In this document: positions 7,403 through 17,295 of the stretch, piece after piece
Numbering within the stretch: the first letter of the stretch is position 1
Layout: each line of letters starts with the position of its first letter
Assembly: GCF_043950625.1 (NCBI RefSeq)
Contig: NZ_CP171007.1
Strand: one strand, 5' to 3'
Source of the DNA: Alkanindiges sp. WGS2144
Lineage (GTDB): Bacteria > Pseudomonadota > Gammaproteobacteria > Pseudomonadales > Moraxellaceae
Length of the DNA: 32,000 nt
Notes under the pieces: model-generated
Databases searched by the model: none
What the model saw: the letters and a program-made list of their open reading frames with translations, nothing else
What the model was told of the DNA's origin: nothing
Made by a program: the position numbers and the translations under genes

Positions 7403-8770
7403 ATGACGTACCAGATAAAAACCAGTTCTTTTCAAAAAAACCTTCATCGGCTGGCAGCGATTGGCCTGTTGGCTGCGCCAGTCAGCAGTTTTGCCTTTGA
7501 TGCCCAGTTTCAGGGGTGCTTAGGTGATTTACGCAGTAGTGCCATTGCAGCCGGGGTATCGGGGCAGACCTTTGACCAATATACCGCTAATCTTGATCCA
7601 GACATGAGCGTAATCGATAAGCTCAACTATCAGCCGGAATTTAGTACGCCCATATGGGATTATTTATCTGGTCTGGTAGATGATGAGCGGGTAGCACTGG
7701 GCAAGCAAAAACTGGTGCAGCATGCTGAGGTATTACAACGTATCCAGGCTCGCTATGGGGTAGAACCTGCGGCTGTAGTGGCAGTCTGGGGCGTAGAAAG
7801 CAATTTTGGTGATATTTCTGGTAAATATCCATTGGTACAGGCTTTAGGCACATTAAGCTGCTATGGAAGGCGGCAGGCTTATTTCCGTACTGAATTGTAT
7901 GCCACCTTGCGCATTTTACAGGCCGGTCATATTCGCGAAGACAAATTAAAAGGCTCCTGGGCAGGTGCTTTTGGGCATACCCAGTTTATGCCGTCCACCT
8001 TTGAGCGTTTGGCCGTGGATTTTGATGGCGATGGCCGCCGCGATATTGTTGATAGTGTGCCGGATGCGCTGGCTTCTACCGCCAATTTCCTCAAAAAATC
8101 AGGCTGGCAAACCGGCATGCCATGGGGTTTTGAGGTGCGCCTGCCAGATGGCATGAGCACCGATGGGGAAGGGCGTCGCAGTAAGCGCAGTTTATCCACT
8201 TGGCAAGCACGTGGTTTGACCCGGGCTGATGGTTCACCGCTGGTACAGGGTAATTTAAGTGCCTCCAGTATGGCAGGCTTATTGGCACCAGCAGGAAATA
8301 GCGGGCCAGTATTTCTGGTATTTAAAAACTTTGATGCCTTTTATAGCTATAACGCAGCAGAGAGCTATGCTTTGGCCATTGCCCATTTATCTGATCGCCT
8401 AAAAGGCGCTGGCCCATTTGTCAGCAGTTGGCCTACTGATGACCCAGGTACTTCAAGGGCAGAGCGTCGTGAAATCCAGCAGTATTTGCTGGCTAAAGGC
8501 TATGATATTGGGGAAGCAGATGGCTTGATTGGTGATAAAACCCGGCAAGCGATTCGGCAAGAGCAGGCCCGTATGGGACTGGCGCAAACAGGCAGGGGCG
8601 GTCAGAATATCCTGCGGGTTCTGCGTCAGGATGTGCAAGGCCAGCCGGTCAGCCGCCAGCCGTTGCCTAATACCCCTAACCTTTCAGAAAATCCAAGCAA
8701 CAGCCAGTCGTTAACGATCCAACAGACCATTCGGCCTACCCCGCCGAATACCCAGGGCGAACCCTTTTAA
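7403..8770 (+). CDS. lytic murein transglycosylase (MltB/SLT_2 family) with a C-terminal peptidoglycan-binding domain and a P/Q/N-rich tail
   Basis: 455 aa with a signal peptide. It has the catalytic block AVWGVESNFG, GAFGHTQFMPSTF and FDGDGRRD, a PG_binding_1-like segment (LLAKGYDIGEADGLIGDKTRQAIRQEQ), and a low-complexity tail. Confidence 0.88.
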   Translation: MTYQIKTSSFQKNLHRLAAIGLLAAPVSSFAFDAQFQGCLGDLRSSAIAAGVSGQTFDQYTANLDPDMSVIDKLNYQPEFSTPIWDYLSGLVDDERVALGKQKLVQHAEVLQRIQARYGVEPAAVVAVWGVESNFGDISGKYPLVQALGTLSCYGRRQAYFRTELYATLRILQAGHIREDKLKGSWAGAFGHTQFMPSTFERLAVDFDGDGRRDIVDSVPDALASTANFLKKSGWQTGMPWGFEVRLPDGMSTDGEGRRSKRSLSTWQARGLTRADGSPLVQGNLSASSMAGLLAPAGNSGPVFLVFKNFDAFYSYNAAESYALAIAHLSDRLKGAGPFVSSWPTDDPGTSRAERREIQQYLLAKGYDIGEADGLIGDKTRQAIRQEQARMGLAQTGRGGQNILRVLRQDVQGQPVSRQPLPNTPNLSENPSNSQSLTIQQTIRPTPPNTQGEPF

Positions 8771-8864
8771 AAGGGTCGGTTTGGAGGACGTCATTTGCTA
8801 GATACCTTAATTAGCAAACAGAGTTCGCTTTTAAAGGTATTCAGATCATTGCTCATTCTTTATA

Positions 8865-8896
8865 AAAGCTGATGTTCCACGTGAAACATCAGCTTT
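8865..8896 (+). terminator. hairpin terminator after the transglycosylase gene
   Basis: AAAGCTGATGTT (8865-8876), loop CCACGTGA, AACATCAGCTTT (8885-8896). The T-run is short (TTT, part of the stem). Confidence 0.5.
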
Positions 8897-9062
8897 TGGA
8901 ACCTAATCAACATAGGCTGTTACGATTAAAAAATACGGGCTGGATAGAACAAGCACTATAAACCTTAAACATTTATCGCAATACAAGCCCTGATAATCAC
9001 GGCATAATAGAGGCTGAGCGCTTGGCTTTTAGCGCAGTAAGGTCTGCTTTATTGAGGTGCAT

Positions 9063-10016
9063 ATGTCTGAACAGGAAATCACGCAACCAGCTCCGTTACA
9101 ACCCACGCAACAATTGATTGACTCCATTAGCCGGTTAACAGAGAAGCTACATAGCCTAAGCCACATCTTTAGCCAGATTTCTCCAACCGTTATTCCAGAC
9201 ACCAGTGCGCTGGATCAATCGATTGCATTTCGCTGGGAAAAAACCGATGGCCTGTTGCAAAGTTCTGGCTTTATTCCCTTACTACACCCCAAATTGATCG
9301 GCTTTAGCGAGCTATGTCATGTGGATAAGCAAAAGCTAAAAATAAGACAAAATACCGAGCAGTTTGTACAAGGTTTTTTTGCCAATAATGTCCTGTTGAC
9401 TGGCGCCCGTGGTACGGGGAAGTCTTCATTAATTAAAGCCTGTTTAAACGAATTTCACTCACAGGGGCTGCGCGTCATTGAAGTGGAAAAAAAGCACTTA
9501 AATGACCTGCCCCGTATTGTAGCGGCTATTAACAACCGGCCGGAAAAATTTATTATTTTTTGTGATGATCTGTCATTTGAAGAAGGTGATACCAGCTATT
9601 CTGGCCTAAAAACGGTGCTGGATGGTTCTATTGCCGGCCCCTCTAGCAATGTATTGATTTATGCCACCTCTAATCGTAAGCATTTAATCACGGAGAAAAA
9701 CCGGGATAATCTGGAGTTTAATCAGGGCGCCGATGGGGAAATTCATCCTGGTGATACCATTGAAGAAAAAGTTTCTCTGGCAGACCGGTTTGGCTTGCAT
9801 CTTAATTTCTATAGTTTTAGTCAGCAGGAATACTTAAATACGGTACATGCCTGGTTAAGCCGCTTTGGCTGGACTGATGATGATATTGCCGCTCAGGAAA
9901 AGCTGGCATTGCAATGGGCTACCCAAAAAGGCAACCGTTCAGGGCGGGCGGCTGTACAGTTTGCCAAGCAAATAGCCGGGCAGCGTATGGTGGAACAGGG
10001 TAAACAAACTGCATAA
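9063..10016 (+). CDS. DUF815-family AAA ATPase
   Basis: ATG 9063 lies 6 nt after GAGG; the track starts at GTG 9057. It has Walker A (LLTGARGTGKSSLIKA) and Walker B (FIIFCDDLSFEEGD), with length and layout typical of DUF815 proteins. Confidence 0.85.
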   Translation: MSEQEITQPAPLQPTQQLIDSISRLTEKLHSLSHIFSQISPTVIPDTSALDQSIAFRWEKTDGLLQSSGFIPLLHPKLIGFSELCHVDKQKLKIRQNTEQFVQGFFANNVLLTGARGTGKSSLIKACLNEFHSQGLRVIEVEKKHLNDLPRIVAAINNRPEKFIIFCDDLSFEEGDTSYSGLKTVLDGSIAGPSSNVLIYATSNRKHLITEKNRDNLEFNQGADGEIHPGDTIEEKVSLADRFGLHLNFYSFSQQEYLNTVHAWLSRFGWTDDDIAAQEKLALQWATQKGNRSGRAAVQFAKQIAGQRMVEQGKQTA

Positions 10017-10085
10017 TGTTCCATGTGGAACGTAGCAACTCTGGAACAATCAAAAGCTCATTTTAAGCTGTTTAAACCACACCAC

Positions 10086-11006
10086 TTAACGGCTGGATAA
10101 CAGGCTAAGATCAGCGGCAGTGAGGCGGAAATTTTCGACGTCTTGCTGCTTTAAAACTGGATACATCAGCGCATGAGGATCATTGTTATGCGAAAGTCCC
10201 AGCGCATGGCCTAATTCATGGGCAATGGTTAGGCGTAAATCAGCAGGGGTACTAAACTCATAGATGTTGATTTGTTGGCCATCATAAACCCCTTTTTCAA
10301 ACTGACGCGGTACAAAGCGTGCCTGATAACGGCTTAAAGTCTGGTTATATTGTTCAGATTGATGGTTTAACTGTTCAACCGTCTGGTTAAGCGCATTGAC
10401 TTGCTGGTTATAATGGTCAATGGCATTAAGAATATGCTGTTTTTCAGTATCCAGCAGCTGCTTTTGTTGTTCAAGTTGTCGGCGGTTAAAATCATCCAGA
10501 TTCCCTAACGTATTCCAGGCTTGTACTTTACGGTTGTAGTGAGCAAGCTGTGCTTTAAACTCAGCTTCACGATCATCAAGCTGCTGACGCTGCTGTTCAA
10601 GTTGCCTCTTTTGCTGCTGGTAATTGCTGTTATGGCTTTGCTGGCTGGCGAGTTGTTGCTCAAGCTGTTGCTGCTCTACATGGCGCAAATTGCTTTCAAG
10701 TTGCCGCGCATCAAAGTATAAATTAATGCTTAAGGATGCAGCGGGATCATAGATAAATAACTGCTTGCCAGTGCCCTGATGCCAGATTTCAGCAGCTTGC
10801 CGAGCCAGCTCAATTACCTCACTCTGGCTCAGCCCGAATTGTACGTCAACCTGGCCAACGCGATAACGCACCCGTGAATCAAACGGATGAGCAAGCTGGC
10901 TGATAGCAAGACGGGCAGAGTAAGTAGAACGGTGGGACGAATGACCGGACTGCTGAAGGTAAATCAGCGCGATGAGCAGCACCACAAACGGTATCCAGAT
11001 ACGCAT
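10086..11006 (-). CDS. membrane-anchored matrixin-like (metzincin) zinc metalloprotease with a long internal Q-rich coiled-coil insert
   Basis: The N-terminus has a transmembrane or signal segment, MRIWIPFVVLLIALIYL. The zinc motif is HELGHALGLSH (HExxHxxGxxH) followed by the Met-turn ALMYP. Residues ~101-229 are heptad-like and Q/E/R/N-rich (QQQLEQQLASQQ..QQKRQLEQQRQQL..). Confidence 0.8.
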   Translation of the reverse strand: MRIWIPFVVLLIALIYLQQSGHSSHRSTYSARLAISQLAHPFDSRVRYRVGQVDVQFGLSQSEVIELARQAAEIWHQGTGKQLFIYDPAASLSINLYFDARQLESNLRHVEQQQLEQQLASQQSHNSNYQQQKRQLEQQRQQLDDREAEFKAQLAHYNRKVQAWNTLGNLDDFNRRQLEQQKQLLDTEKQHILNAIDHYNQQVNALNQTVEQLNHQSEQYNQTLSRYQARFVPRQFEKGVYDGQQINIYEFSTPADLRLTIAHELGHALGLSHNNDPHALMYPVLKQQDVENFRLTAADLSLLSSR

Positions 11007-11096
11007 TGCTTTAATAAAAAATAGGGATACCTAAAGATAAGGCGAATAGGAGCTAAAATGCCAGCCATTATTTATTTGGCAGGTTAAAAACTGTCA

Positions 11097-11137
11097 ATAA
11101 AAAACCGCTCCTATTTATTCAACAGGAGCGGTTTTTG
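11097..11137 (-). terminator. strong bidirectional-type rho-independent terminator after dnaK
   Basis: AAAAACCGCTCCT / AGGAGCGGTTTTT stem with an 11-nt loop. A T-run follows on both strands. Confidence 0.8.
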
Positions 11138-11150
11138 TTAAAACAATAAA

Positions 11151-13106
11151 TTATTTTTTATCGTCATTCACTTCGGTAAACTCAGCATCCACCACGCCAT
11201 CATCGGCTGGTTGTTGCTGCTGCCCGCCAGCATTTTGTCCAAACTGGTTAGGATCAAAACCTTGTGCACCGGCATCACCACCTTGCGGCTGGTTTTGTTC
11301 ATATACACGCTGCATTAACGGCAGCGACGCATTGGACAGCGCTTCGATTTTGGCTTTAATGGCATCGACATCATTTTCCTTGGTGGCTGCTTCCAGCTCA
11401 GAAACTGCCGCATCAATTGAGGCTTTTTCTTCGTCGGTGGCTTTGTCACCCAGGTCTTTGATGGCTTTTTGCGTACTGTGAATCAGCCCATCGGCTTCGT
11501 TGCGTACCTTGGCCAAATCCTCGAATTTTTTATCTTCTTCGGCATTGGCTTCAGCATCACGAATCATTTGCTGGATTTCATCATCAGACAAACCGGAGTT
11601 GGCTTTAATCTGAATGGACTGTGCCTTGCCAGTACCTTTGTCCTTGGCTGATACGTTTAAAATACCATCCGCGTTAATGTCAAAGGTCACTTCAATTTGT
11701 GGCATGCCGCGTGGTGCTGGTGGAATATCCGTTAAGTCAAAACGGCCCAGCAGTTTGTTTTGCGCGGCCATTTTGCGCTCGCCCTGATACACCTGAATGG
11801 TCACTGCAGGCTGGTTGTCATCAGCTGTTGAGAAAACCTGTGATTTCTTGGTCGGAATCATGCTGTTTTTCTCAATGATTGGTGTTAATACACCGCCCAT
11901 GGTTTCAATACCCAGCGTTAGTGGCGTCACGTCCAGCAGCAGTACGTCTTTTTTGTCACCACCCAGTACCGCGCCCTGAATGGCTGCACCAACCGCTACT
12001 GCTTCGTCCGGGTTCACGTCTTTACGTGGCTCTTTACCAAAGAATTCCTGCACTTTGGCCTGTACCAGCGGCATACGGGTTTGACCACCCACCAGAATCA
12101 CGTCATCAATGTCTGACGCATTTAAGCCAGCATCTTTAAGCGCAATTTTGCAGGGTTCCATGGTACGCGCTACCAGTTCGCCGACCAGACCCTCTAGCTT
12201 GCTGCGGGTAATGCTCACCACCAGGTGTTTGGGGCCTGTTGCATCGGCAGTAATGTAGGGCAGGTTTACTTCGGTAGAGCTTGCAGAAGACAGCTCAATT
12301 TTGGCTTTTTCTGCGGCTTCTTTTAAGCGTTGCAATGCCAGCGGATCATTTTTCAGATTCACGCTTTGCTCTTTTTTGAACTCTTCAACCAGATAGTCAA
12401 TTAATGCCAGGTCAAAGTCTTCACCGCCCAGGAAGGTATCACCGTTGGTAGCCAGAACTTCAAACTGCTGTTCGCCATCAACGTCAGCAATTTCAATGAT
12501 GGATACGTCAAAAGTACCACCGCCCAGGTCATACACGGCAATTTTGCGGTCGCCTTCTTTTTTGTCCATACCAAAAGCAAGGGCAGCAGCAGTTGGTTCG
12601 TTAATAATACGCTTGACGTCCAGACCAGCAATCTTACCGGCGTCTTTAGTGGCCTGACGCTGTGCATCATTAAAGTAAGCCGGCACAGTGACAACGGCTT
12701 CGGTAACAGTCTCGCCCAGATAGTCTTCGGCGGTTTTTTTCATTTTTTTCAGGATTTCAGCAGATACCTGTTGTGGTGCCAGTTTTTTATCGTTGACATC
12801 AACCCAGGCATCGCCGTTGTCAGCCTGTACAATTTTATAAGGCACCATGCCGATATCTTTTTGTACCACGTCATCGCTATAACGACGGCCAATCAGACGT
12901 TTAATGGCAAATAGGGTGTTTTTTGGGTTGGTAACGGCTTGACGCTTGGCACTTTGGCCGACCAGCACCTCGCCATCTTTATAGGCAACAATAGAAGGCG
13001 TGGTGCGTGTGCCCTCCGCATTTTCAATGACTTTTACCTTGTCGCCCTCTAATACGGCAACACAGGAATTAGTAGTACCTAAGTCAATGCCAATAATTTT
13101 GGCCAT
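11151..13106 (-). CDS. dnaK: molecular chaperone DnaK (Hsp70)
   Basis: 651 aa. The sequence [18 protein letters not shown]...[10 protein letters not shown]...[10 protein letters not shown] is unmistakably Hsp70. Confidence 0.98.
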   Translation of the reverse strand: MAKIIGIDLGTTNSCVAVLEGDKVKVIENAEGTRTTPSIVAYKDGEVLVGQSAKRQAVTNPKNTLFAIKRLIGRRYSDDVVQKDIGMVPYKIVQADNGDAWVDVNDKKLAPQQVSAEILKKMKKTAEDYLGETVTEAVVTVPAYFNDAQRQATKDAGKIAGLDVKRIINEPTAAALAFGMDKKEGDRKIAVYDLGGGTFDVSIIEIADVDGEQQFEVLATNGDTFLGGEDFDLALIDYLVEEFKKEQSVNLKNDPLALQRLKEAAEKAKIELSSASSTEVNLPYITADATGPKHLVVSITRSKLEGLVGELVARTMEPCKIALKDAGLNASDIDDVILVGGQTRMPLVQAKVQEFFGKEPRKDVNPDEAVAVGAAIQGAVLGGDKKDVLLLDVTPLTLGIETMGGVLTPIIEKNSMIPTKKSQVFSTADDNQPAVTIQVYQGERKMAAQNKLLGRFDLTDIPPAPRGMPQIEVTFDINADGILNVSAKDKGTGKAQSIQIKANSGLSDDEIQQMIRDAEANAEEDKKFEDLAKVRNEADGLIHSTQKAIKDLGDKATDEEKASIDAAVSELEAATKENDVDAIKAKIEALSNASLPLMQRVYEQNQPQGGDAGAQGFDPNQFGQNAGGQQQQPADDGVVDAEFTEVNDDKK

Positions 13107-13149
13107 GTGTATCTCTCCTCATCATTTTGCAGTAGTGGCTGCTTGCTAG

Positions 13150-13182
13150 TGAATATCGGTGTTAATTGGCTGATTTCAAGCA
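13150..13182 (-). promoter_or_regulatory. candidate sigma-32 heat-shock promoter of dnaK
   Basis: The minus strand reads CTTGAAA, 14 nt, CCGATATT, compared with the consensus CTTGAAA-N13-15-CCCCATnT. It sits ~45 nt upstream of the dnaK Shine-Dalgarno sequence (GAGGAGA). Confidence 0.45.
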
Positions 13183-13236
13183 GGTACTGCAAAAAATTTC
13201 TAAATTAAAACTCAAACCTTATATGCTGGGCAGTAA

Positions 13237-13842
13237 TTACTGACCAACAATCACCATGGCAGGACGTAACAGGCGACCTGACAGGACATAGCCTTTTTGC
13301 AGTACATTACCGACCTGGCCGGCTGGTGTATTTGGGTCTACACCCACCGCCTGATGATGGTCAGCATTAAAGGCCTGTCCGGCTGGATCAACCACAGTAA
13401 TACCGTATTTTTCCAAAGTAGTGAGCATGGCCTTATGGGTCAGGCGCACGCCTTCAATGACCGGCTGATTTACTAAGTTATCGTCATCGCCTGCGGCGGC
13501 CAGTGCACGCTCCAGGTTATCTACCACTTCCAGTAGGCTACTGGCAAATTTCTCCAGTGCATATTTTTTGGCCTGTTCCGTGTCACGCTCAACCCGCTTT
13601 TGGAAGTTATACATATCCGCATTGGCACGGGCTTTGACTTCGGTAATTTCAGCTTCCAGTTCAGCGATGCGTGCCTGCAAATCGGAACCCTGAGCGTCGG
13701 CCTGCGACTCGTCAGCTGCACCAGAAGGCACAAAATCCCTGTCGTTATTCACCTGATCCGGGGCGCTGTGCTGGTCATTGTTGTTGTCCGTGCCGGTTTC
13801 AGGCGTGGAATTATTCTGCGTAGAATGATCGTGGGTAGACAT
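13237..13842 (-). CDS. grpE: nucleotide exchange factor GrpE
   Basis: Trimmed to MSTHDHSTQNN... (ATG is the complement of 13840-13842, with GGAGG 6 nt upstream). The conserved C-terminal part is DNLERA...G.VLQKGY.L.GRLLRPAMV.V. Confidence 0.92.
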   Translation of the reverse strand: MSTHDHSTQNNSTPETGTDNNNDQHSAPDQVNNDRDFVPSGAADESQADAQGSDLQARIAELEAEITEVKARANADMYNFQKRVERDTEQAKKYALEKFASSLLEVVDNLERALAAAGDDDNLVNQPVIEGVRLTHKAMLTTLEKYGITVVDPAGQAFNADHHQAVGVDPNTPAGQVGNVLQKGYVLSGRLLRPAMVIVGQ

Positions 13843-13939
13843 GGCTGACCTCCGTTTAAAAAATTGAAACATGTACAGTCCTTGGGTCTTTTCGCAGTGC
13901 TTTAACGTTGCTGTACGTTTAAAACCAGGCTTGTCCAGT

Positions 13940-13972
13940 TGAGTGAGGGTTATTTGCCTGAAATTCAAGAAA
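13940..13972 (-). promoter_or_regulatory. candidate sigma-32 heat-shock promoter of grpE
   Basis: The minus strand reads CTTGAAT, 13 nt, CCCTCACT. It is weaker than the dnaK candidate at the -10 element. Confidence 0.35.
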
Positions 13973-14115
13973 GTAATGCAGTTTTTCCACTGCGTCTGTT
14001 GATTTTTAAACCAGTCGTGTTCCAAAAATGCAACAAACTGTTGTTGTAAATGAGGCTGATTTTTACAGCTCAGGCACTACAATGAAGCCACACTTAATTA
14101 ATGAGGATAATCAGG

Positions 14116-14694
14116 ATGAAAACATTAAAAATGCTGTCCCTGGGTACTGCGGTTCTGCTGGGATCTAGTCTTGCTATGGCGGCACCTGTCAGTTATCAGA
14201 TTGATCCCGCGCATACAGCCACCGTGTTCAGCTGGAATCATTTTGGTTTTTCCAACCCTTCGGCCAATTTTAGCAAAGTGCAGGGCACCATTCAGGTGGA
14301 TGAAAAAAATCCGGCCAAGTCCAGCGTAACGGTCACGATTCCGGTCAATAGCGTGAACAGCAACGTGGCAGCGCTCGACAAGGAGTTTCTGGCTGATGAA
14401 TGGTTTAATGAGGGCAAGTATCCCAACATCACCTTCAAGAGTACTAAGGTAGAAACCAAGGATAAAAAACACTTCAAAATTACCGGTGATTTAACCGTAA
14501 AGGGTGTAACCAAGCTTGTGGTGCTTGATGCCACCTTAAATGGGATGGGTGAGCACCCCATGGCCAAGAAGCCAGCCATTGGCTTTAACGCCACCACCAG
14601 TTTTAAGCGCTCGGATTTTGGCATCAAGCAATATATCCCTGCGGTGAGTGATGAAATCAAGGTGAATATCACCACCGAAGCGCTGGCAAAATAA
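14116..14694 (+). CDS. YceI-family periplasmic polyisoprenoid-binding protein
   Basis: MKTLKMLSLGTAVLLGSSLAMA is a signal peptide. The YQIDPAHT..F...H.GFS...G.F block and ..L.V.G.T... are typical of YceI. GAGGA lies upstream of ATG 14116. Confidence 0.85.
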   Translation: MKTLKMLSLGTAVLLGSSLAMAAPVSYQIDPAHTATVFSWNHFGFSNPSANFSKVQGTIQVDEKNPAKSSVTVTIPVNSVNSNVAALDKEFLADEWFNEGKYPNITFKSTKVETKDKKHFKITGDLTVKGVTKLVVLDATLNGMGEHPMAKKPAIGFNATTSFKRSDFGIKQYIPAVSDEIKVNITTEALAK

Positions 14695-14733
14695 GCTCTT
14701 GATTTTAAAGTTAATATTGAACAGGAATAAATC

Positions 14734-15333
14734 ATGACCAATGTATTTTTAAACAGTATTAGCAAACGTCGTTCCATCTATCATATTGGTAAAAATGTTT
14801 CCCTATCACAGGAGCAGATTGTTGATCTGATTCACGAAGCGGTAGAACACAGTCCGTCATCGTTTCATTCACAAAGCTCCCGCATCGTGATTTTATTTGG
14901 TGCTCAAAGCGAGAAATTCTGGAATATCGTGCGCGAAACCCTGCGTAAGATTGTGCCAGCAGATGCGTTTGACGCCACTGATAAAAAAATCTCCTCATTT
15001 GCTGCTGGGGCCGGAACGGTGCTGTTCTATGAAGATCAGGCCGTCATTCAAAGCTTGCAGGAACAATTTGCCCTGTATGCTGACAATTTTCCGGTGTGGT
15101 CTGAGCATTCAACTGGCATTGCCCAGTTTGCGGTGTGGTCAACGCTTGCCAATGAGAATATTGGTGCTTCACTACAGCACTACAATCCGATTATTGATGA
15201 AGAAGTCGCAGCAACGTTTGACATTCCGGCTAACTGGAAATTACGCGCGCAAATGCCGTTTGGTTCAATTGAAACGCCAGCAGAGAAAAAAGCGCATATG
15301 GAACGCAGTGAGCGTTTTAAAGTATTTAAATAA
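14734..15333 (+). CDS. nitroreductase-family protein
   Basis: 199 aa. The N-terminal RRSIY.. motif, SSFHSQSSRIV, and the size fit the NAD(P)H nitroreductase fold. An AGGAA Shine-Dalgarno-like sequence is present. Confidence 0.75.
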   Translation: MTNVFLNSISKRRSIYHIGKNVSLSQEQIVDLIHEAVEHSPSSFHSQSSRIVILFGAQSEKFWNIVRETLRKIVPADAFDATDKKISSFAAGAGTVLFYEDQAVIQSLQEQFALYADNFPVWSEHSTGIAQFAVWSTLANENIGASLQHYNPIIDEEVAATFDIPANWKLRAQMPFGSIETPAEKKAHMERSERFKVFK

Positions 15334-15354
15334 AACCTGTTGAGTGGTTCGTAC

Positions 15355-15390
15355 AAAAAAAGCACAGTATTAAAGGGCTGTGCTTTTTTA
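15355..15390. terminator. bidirectional rho-independent terminator between the nitroreductase gene and psd
   Basis: AAAAAAAGCACAG, loop, CTGTGCTTTTTT. An A-run precedes it and a T-run follows, so it would work on both strands. Confidence 0.8.
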
Positions 15391-15405
15391 ATGGTACTAG
15401 AAAAA

Positions 15406-16257
15406 TTAGAGCACTTTACCCATCGCTTGGCCCATCATGACATGGCTACCAGCCTCAAACGGTGCTAGCCAGTTAATCTTACTGTTTTCAAACAACACAA
15501 TCGCCGTAGAACCCAGATAAAAACGACCCAGTTCAGTACCTTTATCAAGCTGAAGGTCATGCTTGCGGTGTTCAAGTTTACCCGATGGTTTGATCTTGCC
15601 AGTAGCTACACATTCAATGCCGGCTACAATCATGGCACCCACCAGCACCACCGCCATGCGACCAACTTCGGTGTCAAACAGGCACACCAGCCGTTCATTG
15701 CGGGCAAACAGGGCAGGCACGTTTTCTGCCGTTACGGTATTGACCGAAAACAGCTTGCCTGGCACATAAATGGTATCAGTTAAACGCCCGGCAAAGGGCA
15801 TATGCACGCGATGATAATCTTTTGGCGATAAATACACGGTAGCAAATTCACCGCCCACAAAAGGCTGGGCCAGTTGGGCATCACCAATCAGCTGGTTTAA
15901 GGAAAAGCTTTGGTTTTTGGCCTGAAAAATTTCATCGCCTTCAATTTTACCCAGCTGGGAAATGGCACCATCAGCAGGAGATACAATACTGTCTATTGCG
16001 GTATCAACCGGACGGGCATGGGCTTTGAGCGCTCGGGTAAAAAACTCATTAAAAGAACCAAACTGGTTCAAATCCTGCATTTCTGCCAGGCTCATATCAA
16101 TCTGGTAGCGGTCATGGAATAACTTGATAAAGGTTTTTTTAACCAGCGGATGGTTACTGGCGGCAAGTGTTCCAACCAGACGACTTAAGCCATGCTGGGG
16201 CGCCAAATGCTGAAAGCGGATAAACGCCTTGTCCATAAAACTTTTTTTGCCATTCAA
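15406..16257 (-). CDS. psd: phosphatidylserine decarboxylase proenzyme
   Basis: The [16 protein letters not shown]-terminus and the C-terminal LGST self-cleavage motif ([13 protein letters not shown]) are present. The start is ambiguous: TTG at 16257 (preceded by AGGAGA 9 nt upstream) or ATG at 16236. Confidence 0.9.
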   Translation of the reverse strand: MNGKKSFMDKAFIRFQHLAPQHGLSRLVGTLAASNHPLVKKTFIKLFHDRYQIDMSLAEMQDLNQFGSFNEFFTRALKAHARPVDTAIDSIVSPADGAISQLGKIEGDEIFQAKNQSFSLNQLIGDAQLAQPFVGGEFATVYLSPKDYHRVHMPFAGRLTDTIYVPGKLFSVNTVTAENVPALFARNERLVCLFDTEVGRMAVVLVGAMIVAGIECVATGKIKPSGKLEHRKHDLQLDKGTELGRFYLGSTAIVLFENSKINWLAPFEAGSHVMMGQAMGKVL

Positions 16258-17099
16258 AGCGGGTATTCTCCTGTCACAATAGGCGTATCAAGTCGATTGC
16301 CCCATTCACTCCACGCGCCATCATACGCGCGAACCGGTAAATTTAACAGACGGGCAATCACATAAGCCAGACCGGAGCGGTGATGGCTTTGGCAGTATAC
16401 AATCACGGGTTTTTGTTCATCCAGCCCATGCGCTAGCAATTGTTGCCGGATAATATCCAGCGGATGCAAGCGTAGATTATCCTGCCGGTTAACGGCGCTC
16501 GTCCACTCATAATGAAACGCATGCGGTAAATGACCGCCGCGCCGCGCGGCCAGCCGTTTGCCGGTGTATTCTTCCAGACTACGGCAATCCCACAGGTTAT
16601 AGCCGGGCAAAGTGTGTTCAACAATGGTTTTTAATTCATCAAGCGTAATGCGTGGCTGCTGATTGATGCTAATGGATGCAGGTGGTACAGATTCAGGCAC
16701 AAAGCGGCCACTACTCACCGGCAAACCCTGCGCCAGCCAGGCATGAATGCCGCCATTGAGCAGGCTTAAGCGTGGATAGCCCATTATCTCCAGTGTCCAG
16801 ATCAGCCGTCCTGCCCAGGCACCGCCTTCATCGTCATACACTACAATATGATGCTGTGGGGTAATACCCAGCTGACTTGCCAGTTGTTGCAGCTGTTCTG
16901 GTTGGGGCAGCAAGCCAGATGCATGGCCCTGTTGCCTAAGCATCAAACCTGGCTGTAAGGGCACGGCTTGCGGCAAATGCACCTGCTCATGCACGCTTGC
17001 ACGACTTAAATCAATAATGCGTAGCTGTGGATGGCCGAGTAAGGGCAGCAATTGCTCAGCTTCAATCAGTAAGGGCAAGTGGATTGGTTCAGATGACAT
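16254..17099 (-). CDS. tandem-rhodanese sulfurtransferase (thiosulfate/3-mercaptopyruvate type)
   Basis: There are two rhodanese-like halves. The active-site loop is [12 protein letters not shown]. The start is taken at the ATG ([11 protein letters not shown]) rather than the track TTG at 17117. Confidence 0.8.
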   Translation of the reverse strand: MSSEPIHLPLLIEAEQLLPLLGHPQLRIIDLSRASVHEQVHLPQAVPLQPGLMLRQQGHASGLLPQPEQLQQLASQLGITPQHHIVVYDDEGGAWAGRLIWTLEIMGYPRLSLLNGGIHAWLAQGLPVSSGRFVPESVPPASISINQQPRITLDELKTIVEHTLPGYNLWDCRSLEEYTGKRLAARRGGHLPHAFHYEWTSAVNRQDNLRLHPLDIIRQQLLAHGLDEQKPVIVYCQSHHRSGLAYVIARLLNLPVRAYDGAWSEWGNRLDTPIVTGEYPL

Positions 17100-17295
17100 A
17101 AACGGTGAGTTTGCCAAGACAATAAATGGTTAATTTACAAGAAGCGGGCAATAATGGCTATCGGTTGATGTTGGTCGCATGGTTAATAGAGTACATGGCT
17201 TATTTTTAATGGCTTTATTTTATCATGCTGCCAGCCTATAGACGGCCAGGTTATTGCTGTCGCACATTATTAAGTAAAAAATAGGATAAGAGTTT

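Noticed and set aside
7199-7447. 82-aa minus-strand ORF at the edge of the AT-rich island
   Set aside because: It overlaps the transglycosylase start in antisense, runs through the iteron units, and has no Shine-Dalgarno sequence.
13843-14025. N-terminal extensions of track ORFs (grpE here; likewise mpl, purE, purK, bioB, serB and the EF-hand protein)
   Set aside because: The extensions lack homology to the family N-termini. Internal ATGs with good Shine-Dalgarno sequences reproduce the canonical starts.
14292-14777. 161-aa minus-strand ORF
   Set aside because: It is antisense to the YceI-family gene and bridges into the nitroreductase start. It is a shadow ORF.
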